Below are positions 1 to 9,466 of a stretch of DNA of 64,000 nt, piece by piece. Each line of letters starts with the position of its first letter. The stretch's first letter is position 1. Position numbers and translations under genes: made by a program. The notes beneath the pieces were generated by a model, which was not told the DNA's origin, made no database searches, and saw nothing but the letters and a program-made list of their open reading frames with translations. This stretch comes from Opitutia bacterium (GTDB taxonomy: Bacteria > Verrucomicrobiota > Verrucomicrobiia > Opitutales > T3Sed10-336), in NCBI GenBank assembly GCA_050506795.1, contig JBJHCF010000011.1:1-64000 (forward strand), written 5' to 3'.

Positions 1-421
1 GGTCTGGGACGAGGACCTCGTAGGCAAGGCATCCATGGACCTCTTCGAGCAGATCCTGCGCTACATCGCCTCCGCCGCCGACCTTGACAAACCGGCCTTT
101 TTCGGGAGGCTTAAAATGGTAAAAGATGAACGCATTCGGCAAACGGCTATGACACTCGAACAACAGTTTCGCCAGGAAGGGCGCCAGGAGGGGCGCATGG
201 AAGGACGCCAGGAGGGGCGCATGGAAGGACGTCAGGAGGGGCGCGTGGAAGGACGTCAGGAAGGGGAGCGCCTGCTTTTGGAGCGTTTGCTCATCCGCCG
301 GTTCGGCCCGCTTCCCGAATGGGTTTGTCGATTGCTCGAAGAAGCCACGACCGACCAGCTTGAGAAATGGGGCGAGGCTATTCTGGACGCCCCCTCGCTG
401 GAATCGGTTTTCCGGCAATAG
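1..421 (+). CDS. Rpn/YhgA-like (putative transposase/nuclease) protein, C-terminal part with DUF4351-like tail; 5'-truncated by window edge
   Basis: Frame is open from position 2 (VWDEDLVGKASMDLF...). Contains MTLEQQFRQEGRQEGR repeats followed by LLERLLIRRFGPLP...QLEKWGEAILDAPSLESVF, the typical Rpn/DUF4351 C-terminus. Confidence 0.8.
   Translation, partial: VWDEDLVGKASMDLFEQILRYIASAADLDKPAFFGRLKMVKDERIRQTAMTLEQQFRQEGRQEGRMEGRQEGRMEGRQEGRVEGRQEGERLLLERLLIRRFGPLPEWVCRLLEEATTDQLEKWGEAILDAPSLESVFRQ
170..265 (+). repeat. In-frame coding tandem repeat (12-bp R-x-E-G unit x8; 24-bp higher-order unit x3)
   Basis: cgccaggaggggcgcatggaagga at 182-205 and 206-229, variant at 230-253. Confidence 0.9.
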
Positions 422-554
422 GCTTTTGGGGTTTATAGGGTCGTAATGGGTCGCCCGGCGGCGTCGAATTCCGTTCGGGTTTCGCTTCGTATTTCCCCGG
501 GACACAACCGGGGTTGCTTCCGGGGCCCGGTTGAGGTTTTCATATTGCGTCGAT

Positions 555-1352
555 ATGGAGCACACAGGCGAAGCAAAGGAAGGCGATACCGGGGGGGCGG
601 CGTTGGGGCCGGGGGACCTGCCCCTTGGGCGCGGGGTGCGGGTGCTGGCCTGGGACGTTAACGGGTTGCTGGCGCTGGAGAAGCCGGAGAAGGTGCTTTC
701 GCATCCGAACTCTCCCCGCGATCGCGTCAAGGCGCTCTTGCAGGCCGGATACGACCTCGAACAGGAGTGTTATTTCTTCGGCGCCCGGCCCGACGGCGAA
801 CCCTGCCGGGTCTGGTTGCTGAATCGACTCGATTCGGCCACTTCCGGGGTGATTCTCGCCGCCGTGGACACGCGCACCGCCGCGGCGGTGCGCAAGGAAT
901 TCGCGGCGGCGAAGGTGGTGAAAACCTACCGCGCCCTGGTCTTTGGGGTGCCGCGCCCGGCCCGGCAGCAGTGGAAGGATGCCCTCAAGGTGGAGCGCCG
1001 GGAAGGGCGCTTGCGCACCCGCGGCGGGGGCGGCGACCGTACCGCCACGGCCGGTATGGTGCTGCGCCGGAGCTTTCCCGGCCCCCCCGTGGTTTCGCTG
1101 TTGGAGCTGACCCCTGGCACCGGACGCACCCACCAACTCCGCGTGCAATGCGCCCGGCGCAAACTCCCCATCATCGGCGACCGCACCTACGGCGATTTCG
1201 CCGCCAACCGGGAATTCGCCCGCCGCACCGGGTGCAAACGCCTGTTCCTCCACTGCACGGAAACCTCGCTGGCATACAAGCTCGGGCCACACAGGTTCGA
1301 GTTTACGGCCTCCTCGCCGCTGCCGGAGGAATTTGAGGGGGGTTCCGGTTAA
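555..1352 (+). CDS. RluA-family RNA pseudouridine synthase
   Basis: Motifs KPEKVLSHP, NRLDSATSGV (catalytic Asp), TGRTHQLRVQ, PIIGDRTYG, LFLH. ATG at 555 chosen over TTG at 531. Confidence 0.9.
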   Translation: MEHTGEAKEGDTGGAALGPGDLPLGRGVRVLAWDVNGLLALEKPEKVLSHPNSPRDRVKALLQAGYDLEQECYFFGARPDGEPCRVWLLNRLDSATSGVILAAVDTRTAAAVRKEFAAAKVVKTYRALVFGVPRPARQQWKDALKVERREGRLRTRGGGGDRTATAGMVLRRSFPGPPVVSLLELTPGTGRTHQLRVQCARRKLPIIGDRTYGDFAANREFARRTGCKRLFLHCTETSLAYKLGPHRFEFTASSPLPEEFEGGSG

Positions 1353-1469
1353 GCCGAATGGCGCTCGGTTAAGCCAAAAGTAGGAACACGCTTCCAGTGT
1401 GTTATCTCAGGCTGGAAGCCTAAGCTACTTCGATCCACCGCGTTAACCGTGCCATTCCGGTTAAGCCGG
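1345..1469. repeat. REPIN-like nested palindrome: GTAG-type REP pair (1378-1430) inside imperfect inverted CGGTTAAGCC arms
   Basis: AAGTAG..GCTTCCAG...CTGGAAGC..CTACTT hairpin. CGGTTAAGCC occurs at 1346, 1366 and 1458; the outer arms are imperfectly complementary. Confidence 0.7.
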
Positions 1470-1564
1470 ATTATTCGGTCAATCGGTCGGGTTTGGCGGA
1501 ACGGGCTCGCGAACCGTAATTCGAGCTAGACTTGCCGCTGAAATCCGAATGATAGTCTTCGCTC

Positions 1565-2350
1565 ATGGCCTGCACCGTATTCACGATCGCCAACCAGAAG
1601 GGCGGGGTGGGGAAGACCACCACAGCCGTCAACCTGGGCGCCGCCCTGGCCCGCCGCAACGTGCCCACATTGGTAGTCGATCTGGATCCGCAGGCTAACG
1701 CCACCAGTGCGCTCGGCGCCGAAAAGGCCGAGGGGGCCAGTATCTATGGTCCGCTCACCGGCGAAGGCAATGCCGCCGAACTGGTGGTGGAGACCGCCCA
1801 GTCCGGCTTGTACCTTCTCCCTTCCGAGGTCGACCTGGCGGCGGTGGAGGTGGAGTTGTCGCAGGGAGAGAATTACCTGACGCGGCTCCGGCAGGCGTTG
1901 GAGCCGCTCACCACCGATGGAACCTACCGGGCGATCATCCTCGACTGCCCTCCGGCCCTGGGGATTTTGTCGATGAACAGCCTGGCGGCCGCGGATTACC
2001 TTTTGATCACTCTCCAATGCGAATACCTCGCCATGGAGGGTTTGGGGCAGATTCTCAAGGTCATCGAACGGCTGCAGGAGGCCGGGGTTAACGAGAACCT
2101 CGAGCTTGGGGGCATTATCATGACCATGTTCGACATCCGCACCAACCTCTCCCGGCAGGTGGTGGAGGAGGTGCGCCAGCACCTGGCGGACAAGATGTTC
2201 AAGACCGTGATTCCCCGGTCCGTCCGTCTGAGCGAAGCCCCCAGCTACGGGCAAACCATTTTCGAATACGATCCGGCCAGCGCCGGAGCGGTCGCATACG
2301 GCGACCTGGCCAAAGAACTGGTGAAACGTTTCTCGCTCAAGGAATCCTAA
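1565..2350 (+). CDS. parA: ParA/Soj family ATPase
   Basis: ANQKGGVGKTTT deviant Walker A, DLDPQANAT, ILDCPP, QCEYLAMEG, IPRSVRLSEAPSYG. Confidence 0.93.
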   Translation: MACTVFTIANQKGGVGKTTTAVNLGAALARRNVPTLVVDLDPQANATSALGAEKAEGASIYGPLTGEGNAAELVVETAQSGLYLLPSEVDLAAVEVELSQGENYLTRLRQALEPLTTDGTYRAIILDCPPALGILSMNSLAAADYLLITLQCEYLAMEGLGQILKVIERLQEAGVNENLELGGIIMTMFDIRTNLSRQVVEEVRQHLADKMFKTVIPRSVRLSEAPSYGQTIFEYDPASAGAVAYGDLAKELVKRFSLKES

Positions 2351-2372
2351 TCCACAAACCACCCGCTAAGTT

Positions 2373-2582
2373 ATGAAAAAGACCCTCGCTCTCATTGCCC
2401 TTTGCGCCGCCACGACCCTTTTCAGCGGTTGTATCGTGCTCAGTTTCTCCAGGGACGGCACGCCCCCCATGACCCAGGCCCCGACCGTAGGCCAGCAACT
2501 GCTGGATCTCCAGGCCGCCCGCGACAGCGGGGCCATCAGCGACGACGAGTTTGACGCCAAAAAGGCCCGCCTGCTGAAATAA
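2373..2582 (+). CDS. Small SHOCT-domain lipoprotein
   Basis: Lipobox FSGC after a hydrophobic signal; C-terminal QLLDLQAARDSGAISDDEFDAKKARLL is a SHOCT pattern. Confidence 0.8.
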   Translation: MKKTLALIALCAATTLFSGCIVLSFSRDGTPPMTQAPTVGQQLLDLQAARDSGAISDDEFDAKKARLLK

Positions 2583-2618
2583 GCCTGCCTTGCAACCGGC
2601 CTTGGCCGATCGGAAATT

Positions 2619-2652
2619 GCTTCCGGCAAAGCAGCTTTGCTTTCCCGGAAGC
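2619..2652. terminator. Stem-loop between convergent genes (probable bidirectional terminator)
   Basis: GCTTCCGG...CCGGAAGC outer stem enclosing CAAAGC/GCTTTG inner complementarity. Confidence 0.5.
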
Positions 2653-2663
2653 CACGTTGCTCC

Positions 2664-3383
2664 TCAATCGCGGTTGAGGCTGATCAGGAGATACAGCACG
2701 TAGTAAAACAAGAGTCCGACCCCGGCGAAAAGAGCCAGGGCGGCGGCGACATGCTGGTTTGGATTGTACTCGTGGATGATGTTGGACGTGGTGTAGAGAA
2801 TGGAGGCGCCGGCCACGGCCACCATGACGCTGGCGAAAAGGACTCCCAGCGAGAAACCGAACACAATGCTGGCCACGATGACGCCGATGGCCACGAAGAA
2901 GCTGATGGTGAGCACGCCGCGCAGAAACGAGAAATCTTTGCGGGTGATGAAGGCGGTGGCCGTGAGCCCCCCAAAAAGGAGTCCGGTGATGATGCCGGCG
3001 GTGGGAATGACGTCCGGGCTCGAATAATAGGCCGCGACGTACATCAACGGGAGAAAAATCAAGGACAGCGCCACGATGTAGAGTCCGAGCCCCATGTACT
3101 GGGTGGTTGTGGAGGCGTCCGACCGGGCCCACTTGTCCGCCACCCAAGAAACCGCCATGAACACCCCGATGACGATCAGCCAGTTGTAGCCCGTGGTCAT
3201 GGTTCCGGCCAGGCCGGCGGCGCCTTCCCATTGAAGGAGCCCCGCCGTGATCACCGCGAAGGCCAAAATGGCCCCGGCCAGGTGGCCGTAGGTCCGGCGA
3301 ATGAAAAGCGCCCGCGCGTCAGGTTCGGCCTGGGCCACGGTGAAAGGATTTCCGGTCCGGCTGTAGTGGTGTGAGTTTTGCAT
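2664..3383 (-). CDS. Bax inhibitor-1/YccA family membrane protein
   Basis: About 7 TM helices; FIRRTYGHL, TRKDFSFL, ILYTTSNIIH, AAALALFA motifs. Confidence 0.88.
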   Translation of the reverse strand: MQNSHHYSRTGNPFTVAQAEPDARALFIRRTYGHLAGAILAFAVITAGLLQWEGAAGLAGTMTTGYNWLIVIGVFMAVSWVADKWARSDASTTTQYMGLGLYIVALSLIFLPLMYVAAYYSSPDVIPTAGIITGLLFGGLTATAFITRKDFSFLRGVLTISFFVAIGVIVASIVFGFSLGVLFASVMVAVAGASILYTTSNIIHEYNPNQHVAAALALFAGVGLLFYYVLYLLISLNRD

Positions 3384-3491
3384 GGGTCGAAAAAAAACAG
3401 TCAAAGGTTTGATGGAAAGTCCCGCAGGTTGGATATGGAGAAAAAAGCATACCCCGCGAATTTTTCAAATCGAGAAAAAACAGAAGGTCGA

Positions 3492-4094
3492 TCAAGGTCG
3501 AGGATTGTTTTCGGTGCTGTGGGGTTGGTTTGTCGAATCCTCATCCGGGTCGTCCAGGTCGACGGCGCCGCGTTTGCGGGAAAGCAGGTATTTGATCAGC
3601 GCATACACGGCGATCAGGGCAAACGCGATCAGAACCAGGAAGGTGTGCTGTCGCACGATGCCGACGCCGGCGGTCACCAGGGCGATCACCCAGAACGTTT
3701 GAAACAGGGTGCTCAGGGCAAGGTAAAGCGGGTAGTCGACCCGAAGCGCGCCCAGGAAATAGTTCTGCACAAAGAGGGGAATCCCCGGAAGCAGGCGGAC
3801 AAAGGCGATGATTTTCCAATGTTTGATCGGGCGGGGACGCGGCAGGCGGTGGGAAAACGGCAACCGGTGTATCCAATCCAGTCCGACGCACCGTCCGATA
3901 ATGTACGTCCAGGTGCTGTTGATGGCCAGTCCGGCGATCCCGAGAGGTATGCCCAGTGCGGCTCCCCAGGCGCCGCACAGCAGAAGCAGGGGAATCGAAG
4001 GAAACCCCAATCCGGGAAGGATCGCCAGCGCGAGCAACATCCAGAGCGGACTGTGACCGGCCAGTTGCATGAAGAGTTCGCTCAGGCCGGACAT
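3492..4094 (-). CDS. TVP38/TMEM64 (VTT/DedA-like) membrane protein
   Basis: FVRLLPGIPLFVQNYFLG motif and hydrophobic helices. Start uncertain (4094 ATG vs 4142). Confidence 0.78.
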   Translation of the reverse strand: MSGLSELFMQLAGHSPLWMLLALAILPGLGFPSIPLLLLCGAWGAALGIPLGIAGLAINSTWTYIIGRCVGLDWIHRLPFSHRLPRPRPIKHWKIIAFVRLLPGIPLFVQNYFLGALRVDYPLYLALSTLFQTFWVIALVTAGVGIVRQHTFLVLIAFALIAVYALIKYLLSRKRGAVDLDDPDEDSTNQPHSTENNPRP

Positions 4095-4205
4095 GACGAT
4101 CGTTGGTTGAATATCGGTGCGAATGCCATGGTGACGGAGCAAAAACCTATTTGTCAGGGTCCTCTGGCAGCAAGGGGAATCTGAAGAGATGCGGGGTTGC
4201 CCGAT

Positions 4206-6782
4206 TTAGAATAGCGAAAGTTGGTTCTCCTCCACCGAGGGCTTTCTGGCTTTGGGTTTGCTTTTGGGAGCGGGCCGGGACTGGGAAGGCGGCGCGATGG
4301 CGCCGTTGTCGTCGGACTCCAGTTTGGCGAGGATTTCCTTGGCGCGGTCGATCACGGAAAGGGGAAGGCCGGCCAGCCGGGCGACCTGAATGCCGTAACT
4401 GCGGTCGGCCGGGCCGGGGATGACCTGGCGCACGAAGACGATGTCGTCGTTCCATTCCTTCACCGCCACCGAATAATTGCGCAGGCGCTTGAGGTAGTTT
4501 TCCAGTTGGGTGAGTTCGTGATAGTGGGTGGCGAACAGGGTGCGGGGACCGGTTCCGGTGGAGCGGTGCAGATTTTCCACCACCGCCCAGGCGATGCTGA
4601 GTCCGTCGTAGGTGCTGGTGCCGCGGCCGATTTCGTCGAGGATGATCAGACTGCGGTCGGTGGTGTTGTTCAGGATGTTGGCCGTTTCATTCATTTCCAC
4701 CATGAAGGTGGAGTTGCCCCGCGACAGTTCGTCGCTGGCGCCGACCCGGGAAAAAATCCGGTCCACCAGCCCGATGCGACATTCGGCGGCCGGGGTCCAG
4801 CAGCCGATCTGGGCCATGAGGGTGATCAGGGCGACCTGGCGAATGTAGGTGGATTTTCCGGCCATATTGGGGCCGGTGATCAGCATGATCTGCTCGCCTT
4901 CGGAGTTGAGCGCGGTGTCGTTGGGAACAAAGGCGAAACTCCCCGCCAGCCCGGCGGGGGTTCGGCGAATGGTTTGCTCCACCACCGGATGCCTTCCCTC
5001 GCGGATGCTGAGGCCGCAGCCGTTGTCGAGCTGGGGCCGGCAGTAGTTCCATTCGCGGGCCAGTTCCGCCCAGCCGATGAAAAGGTCCAACTCCGCCAGG
5101 GCCGAAGCGGTTTCCCGCAGCCCGGCTTCCTCCGCCAGCACGGTCTCCACCAACAGCGCGAACAGTTCCAGTTCCCGCGATTTGGCGTTTTCCTCGGCAT
5201 GGAAAATCTCCTTTTCCTTCTGCTTGAGGTCCTCGGTATAGAACCGCTCGCTGTTGACCGTGGTCTGTTTGCGGATGTAGTCGTCGGGAACCAGGTGCAG
5301 ATTCGCTTTGGTCACCTCGATGTAATACCCGAAGGCGTTGTTGAATCGGATGCGAAGCTTTTTGATCCCGGTGCGTTCCTGCTCGGTCTTTTCGAGTTCG
5401 GCGAGCCAGGTTTTGTTGTCCGAGGTGAGGCTCAGCAGGCGGTCCAGTTCGGCGTCGTAGCCCGGACGAATATAACCGCCGTCGGTCAGTTGCGCCGGCA
5501 GTTCGTCGCGCAAAGCGGAGTCGAGTTTTTCGCGGAGCAGAGGAAAGTCGGCCAGGGCGTCGCGGATGGCGCCCAGAGCCGATCCCTCGACATCGGCGAG
5601 GGTTTCCCGGATCCGGGGGATCTGCCTGAGGGTTTCGCGAATGCCGCCCAGTTCGCGAGGGTTGCGCAGGCGATTCTGCAGGCGCCCCAGAATGCGCGGG
5701 ATGTCGCGGACGGATTGCAGGTGCTCGCGCAGACGGCGAGCCTCGCCGGGAGCGGCGATCAGTTCCCCGACGCTGTCCTGGCGCCGGCGCAGTTCCTCCA
5801 GATCCAGCGGAGGGCTGGAGAGGTAGTGTTGGAGCAGGCGGGTGCCGGCCGGGGTGACCGTGCGGTCGATGGCGGCCAACAGCGAACCGTCGCGTCCTCC
5901 GGACGCGGAATGAAAGATCTCCAGATTGCGCAGGGTGGCGGGGTCCAGGAGCAGCGAACGATCGGTGCGGTACTCGCGCAGGCGGCGCAGGTTCTCCGGA
6001 CGGGATCGCAGGTTTTCGGTCACGTAATGCACCAGGGCGCCGGCGACCCCCAGCGCCGAATGACGCTCATCCAGGCCGAAACCTTCCAGGTTCAGCACCT
6101 TCAGGGCTTGAACGACCGCCTGGGCTCCGGTTTCGGGTTCGAAGTGAAAGGACGGAAGCTCGGTAAGGGGAAGCGAATCCACCAGTTGGACGAGATCGTC
6201 CAGGCCGTCGTCGGTATCGCGCTCACCGGCGCGCCATTGTGCCAGGCGGTTTTCCGGCGCCACCAACTCGCGCGGTTCGATGGAGGAGATCACCGGAAGC
6301 AGGTCGCGCAGATCGTCGCAGGTGGACAGGAGGAAATCGCCGGTGGAGAGGTCCATCCAGGCCGCGTGCCATCCCAGCTTGTTCCGATCGAGGGCCAGAA
6401 TGAAACGGTTCTCTCCGGCTTCCACGTGCGCCGATTCGATGGCGGTTCCCGGGGTGATGATGCGGGTCAGAGACCGCTTGACCAGTTTTCCGGGGCGGGG
6501 CGTCTCCACCTGGTCGCAGATGGCCACCTTGCGGCCGGCGGCCAGGGCCTTGGCGATGTAACCTTCCGCCGCGTGATAGGGTATGCCGGCCATGGGGGTG
6601 CCCTGACGCTGGGTCAGGGTGATGCCGAGCAGCCGGGACCCGTCTTCGGCGTCGTCGTGGAACATCTCGTAAAAATCGCCCAGGCGAAAGAGCAGCAGCG
6701 TCCGGGGCGGCAGTCCCCGTTTCACCTCCAGATACTGCTCCATCATGGGAGTGGTCTTGGTTTTCGCCTTCTCGTTCGCCAT
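4206..6782 (-). CDS. mutS: DNA mismatch repair protein MutS
   Basis: TPMMEQY, FRLGDFYEMF, GPNMAGKSTY, STFMVEM, DEIGRGTST, FATHYHEL, C-terminal clamp-binding QLSLF. Confidence 0.98.
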   Translation of the reverse strand: MANEKAKTKTTPMMEQYLEVKRGLPPRTLLLFRLGDFYEMFHDDAEDGSRLLGITLTQRQGTPMAGIPYHAAEGYIAKALAAGRKVAICDQVETPRPGKLVKRSLTRIITPGTAIESAHVEAGENRFILALDRNKLGWHAAWMDLSTGDFLLSTCDDLRDLLPVISSIEPRELVAPENRLAQWRAGERDTDDGLDDLVQLVDSLPLTELPSFHFEPETGAQAVVQALKVLNLEGFGLDERHSALGVAGALVHYVTENLRSRPENLRRLREYRTDRSLLLDPATLRNLEIFHSASGGRDGSLLAAIDRTVTPAGTRLLQHYLSSPPLDLEELRRRQDSVGELIAAPGEARRLREHLQSVRDIPRILGRLQNRLRNPRELGGIRETLRQIPRIRETLADVEGSALGAIRDALADFPLLREKLDSALRDELPAQLTDGGYIRPGYDAELDRLLSLTSDNKTWLAELEKTEQERTGIKKLRIRFNNAFGYYIEVTKANLHLVPDDYIRKQTTVNSERFYTEDLKQKEKEIFHAEENAKSRELELFALLVETVLAEEAGLRETASALAELDLFIGWAELAREWNYCRPQLDNGCGLSIREGRHPVVEQTIRRTPAGLAGSFAFVPNDTALNSEGEQIMLITGPNMAGKSTYIRQVALITLMAQIGCWTPAAECRIGLVDRIFSRVGASDELSRGNSTFMVEMNETANILNNTTDRSLIILDEIGRGTSTYDGLSIAWAVVENLHRSTGTGPRTLFATHYHELTQLENYLKRLRNYSVAVKEWNDDIVFVRQVIPGPADRSYGIQVARLAGLPLSVIDRAKEILAKLESDDNGAIAPPSQSRPAPKSKPKARKPSVEENQLSLF

Positions 6783-6931
6783 AGTCAGGTTTTCGGGCAG
6801 AAGCGCGTTCGGAGCAAGGATTTTGGCAGGAGCTCATCCGCTTTTGAAACAATGGCTTTCACGATTTTCCCCAACCTTTTACAAAAAATGAGTTGCCCGT
6901 CATTGTCCGACCTGTGATTCTAGAAGGCTTT

Positions 6932-9430
6932 ATGCAGGCGCACGGACCGAAGCGTATCTACAATCCCCATTCGCTGGAATTCTGGTTTGGCAAACTCGTC
7001 GCCGATTGGGAGCGAGCCTTTACCGACACCGCTTTGGAGCAGGGACGCGAGTGGTACCGAGAGGGAATAATCCGCGAGATCGACCTCGAAATCGGCCAGG
7101 CGATCGTCCACACCAAGTTGGACGGAAAGCCCTGTTACGCGGTGATTGAATGGGATAAATCCGAACTCAAGGTACGCGCTTCGGTGGACGAGACCGATAT
7201 GGGACGCGCCATCGCCGTCGCCGGACTTTACGAGATCGAGGAGCTGGTGGCGGACGAGGTGGCGCCGCTGGAGGAGGATACTCTGGATTTGGGGTCCGAC
7301 GGTTTAAAGCCGGCGCCGACCGTGGAGATTCGGCAGACCCAGCGTCCGGCCCGTCCCCTTTGCCTCCGATTTGACGCTCCGCGCCGGGATCTCCTTTTCC
7401 AGGCATTCTGGAGGGAATCCACGGGGGAACGGCAGGCATTGCTCAACGGCAACGGTGCCAACGGCTCTCTGATTGACACCGAGAGGGAAAAACTGATCCG
7501 CCTGGCGTCTCTGGCGCGTAAGGCGCAGTTCGTTTTCGACAAGGAGGCCAATACCTACTTTCTCCGTGAGCTGGCTCGCGTCCCGTCTTTTCTCAGCCAG
7601 GACCTGCCGGCGTGGAAGCGCTATTTCGATGTGGAACTGAGTCCTTTGGCCGGAAAAATGCTCGAGGGGGTTCGCCCGGTCGAGGTTTCGGTGGAGGCCC
7701 GTGAGGGATCCAACGGCCACACCGATTCCAGCCTGGATCTGAAGTGGATTTTTAAGTCGGGAGAACGCCTCCTGGGCGAAACGGAAGCGACGCGTCTGGT
7801 GAAAGGCGAGGGGCCGGTTTTCCTGCCGGATGTCGGTTTGGTGGAGCTGTCCCGCGAGACCCTGGCCACGGTCAAAGCTTGGCGCAACGGAGGCAATGGC
7901 GCCGCCGACCGCCTGCATGAGCGCTACATGTTGTTCTCTCTTTTTAAACTGGAGAGCCGGGTAGGGATAGAACTCAGTCCGCGGGTGGCCGAATGGCGTG
8001 ACAGTTTCCGGAAGTCACCGCCCAAGCTGAAGAAACTTCCCGAGATTCTCCGGCCTTACCAGAAGCGGGGGGTGGAGTGGCTCGCCCACATGTGCGCGCA
8101 CGACTGTCACCCGTTGCTGGCCGATGAAATGGGACTCGGCAAGACCCTCCAGGTGATTTCCCTTCTCGAGGCCCGTCCCCTGGCCGACAAACCCCACCTG
8201 GTGGTCGGTCCAGCCAGCGTGGTGCCGGTCTGGCAGCAGGAATGGGCCCGGTTCGCTCCCGAGAAGTCGGTGCGCGTGCTGACCGCGGACTGCGATTTCC
8301 TTACCAACCCCGAACCCGGGGTCTGGCTGGCCAGTTATGCTCAGCTTCGCCGGCACGCGGAGCAGCTCGACCGGATCGATTTTGGTTACGCGGTGTTGGA
8401 CGAAGGGCAATTGATCAAGAATCCGGACTCCAAGGTGGCCCAGGCATGTTATTCCATCCGCGCGCGCCACCGGTTGGTTCTGACCGGCACTCCGCTGGAA
8501 AATCGGCAGCTCGATCTGTGGTCGCTCTTCCGGTTTTTGATGCCGGGGCTCCTTGGCAACCGCGCCGAGTTCGAGCGGGCGGTCCAGGCGGACGGCGATA
8601 CCAGCCTGCGCCGCCTCCGAACGCAATTGGCGCCGTTTATTCTGCGCCGGACCAAAAAGGTGGTGGCGAAGGAACTTCCTCCCAAAGTCGAAACCACCCT
8701 GGCGGTGCCGCTGAGCGGAGTGCAGCGCGAGGAGTACGCCCGCATCTGCCGCGAGGGGTTGCACCGGTTGGCGAATGGACAGGAAAACGGCTCGCCGGTG
8801 CGGGATCGCTCCTTCACTCTGTTTTCCCTGCTGACCCGCCTGCGGCAGGTTTGCTGCGATCCCGATTTGCTGCCCTGGGTCAGCGCTCCCCTGGCGGAGA
8901 GCGGCAAGATTGCGCTCCTGATGGAGAAGTTGCCCGAAATCCTGGAGGCAGGGCACAAGGTAGTCATTTTCAGCCAGTTCGTGCGGTTGCTCGATCGCAT
9001 CGACCGGGCGCTGGCTCAGACCTTTCCCGAGATTTCACGTTTTGCTCTGAACGGGAGCACCCGGCGGCGCGACGAGCCGGTGCGGGCTTTTCAGGAACAC
9101 GATGGCGCCGGGGTAATTCTGGTCAGCCTGCGCGCCGGAGGCACCGGGATCACTTTGCATGCGGCGGATTACGTGTTTCTCCTGGACCCCTGGTGGAATC
9201 CCGCGGTGGAAGAGCAGGCGATCGACCGCGTACACCGTATTGGGCAGAATAATACCGTGTTTGTTTATCGCCTCATGACCGGCGGCACCATCGAGGAGCG
9301 AATTCAGGATCTCAAATGGTCCAAGCAGGATATCTTCCGCAATCTGATCGGACGCCTCAACGGCGCCACCGCCGGCCATGACCTCAACTCCCTCTGCGAT
9401 CTGATCGAATTGAAATCAGACAGCGAGTGA
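6932..9430 (+). CDS. SNF2/SWI2-family ATPase (DEAD/DEAH-like helicase)
   Basis: LRPYQKRG, LADEMGLGKTLQ, LDEGQ, LTGTPLEN, FILRRTK, DPWWNPAVEEQAIDRVHRIGQ. Confidence 0.93.
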   Translation: MQAHGPKRIYNPHSLEFWFGKLVADWERAFTDTALEQGREWYREGIIREIDLEIGQAIVHTKLDGKPCYAVIEWDKSELKVRASVDETDMGRAIAVAGLYEIEELVADEVAPLEEDTLDLGSDGLKPAPTVEIRQTQRPARPLCLRFDAPRRDLLFQAFWRESTGERQALLNGNGANGSLIDTEREKLIRLASLARKAQFVFDKEANTYFLRELARVPSFLSQDLPAWKRYFDVELSPLAGKMLEGVRPVEVSVEAREGSNGHTDSSLDLKWIFKSGERLLGETEATRLVKGEGPVFLPDVGLVELSRETLATVKAWRNGGNGAADRLHERYMLFSLFKLESRVGIELSPRVAEWRDSFRKSPPKLKKLPEILRPYQKRGVEWLAHMCAHDCHPLLADEMGLGKTLQVISLLEARPLADKPHLVVGPASVVPVWQQEWARFAPEKSVRVLTADCDFLTNPEPGVWLASYAQLRRHAEQLDRIDFGYAVLDEGQLIKNPDSKVAQACYSIRARHRLVLTGTPLENRQLDLWSLFRFLMPGLLGNRAEFERAVQADGDTSLRRLRTQLAPFILRRTKKVVAKELPPKVETTLAVPLSGVQREEYARICREGLHRLANGQENGSPVRDRSFTLFSLLTRLRQVCCDPDLLPWVSAPLAESGKIALLMEKLPEILEAGHKVVIFSQFVRLLDRIDRALAQTFPEISRFALNGSTRRRDEPVRAFQEHDGAGVILVSLRAGGTGITLHAADYVFLLDPWWNPAVEEQAIDRVHRIGQNNTVFVYRLMTGGTIEERIQDLKWSKQDIFRNLIGRLNGATAGHDLNSLCDLIELKSDSE

Positions 9431-9466
9431 GACCCCCTCGCCCCACGTCCCTCCGTGCCCCACCCC

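Noticed and set aside
170..265. Tandem repeats as a possible CRISPR array
   Set aside because: No unique spacers; the repeat is in-frame coding sequence and there are no cas genes.
4221..6917. 898-aa ORF antisense to mutS, and similar long antisense ORFs over metH, uvrA, ilvA and tolC
   Set aside because: Shadow frames expected from high-GC codon bias; no recognisable motifs.
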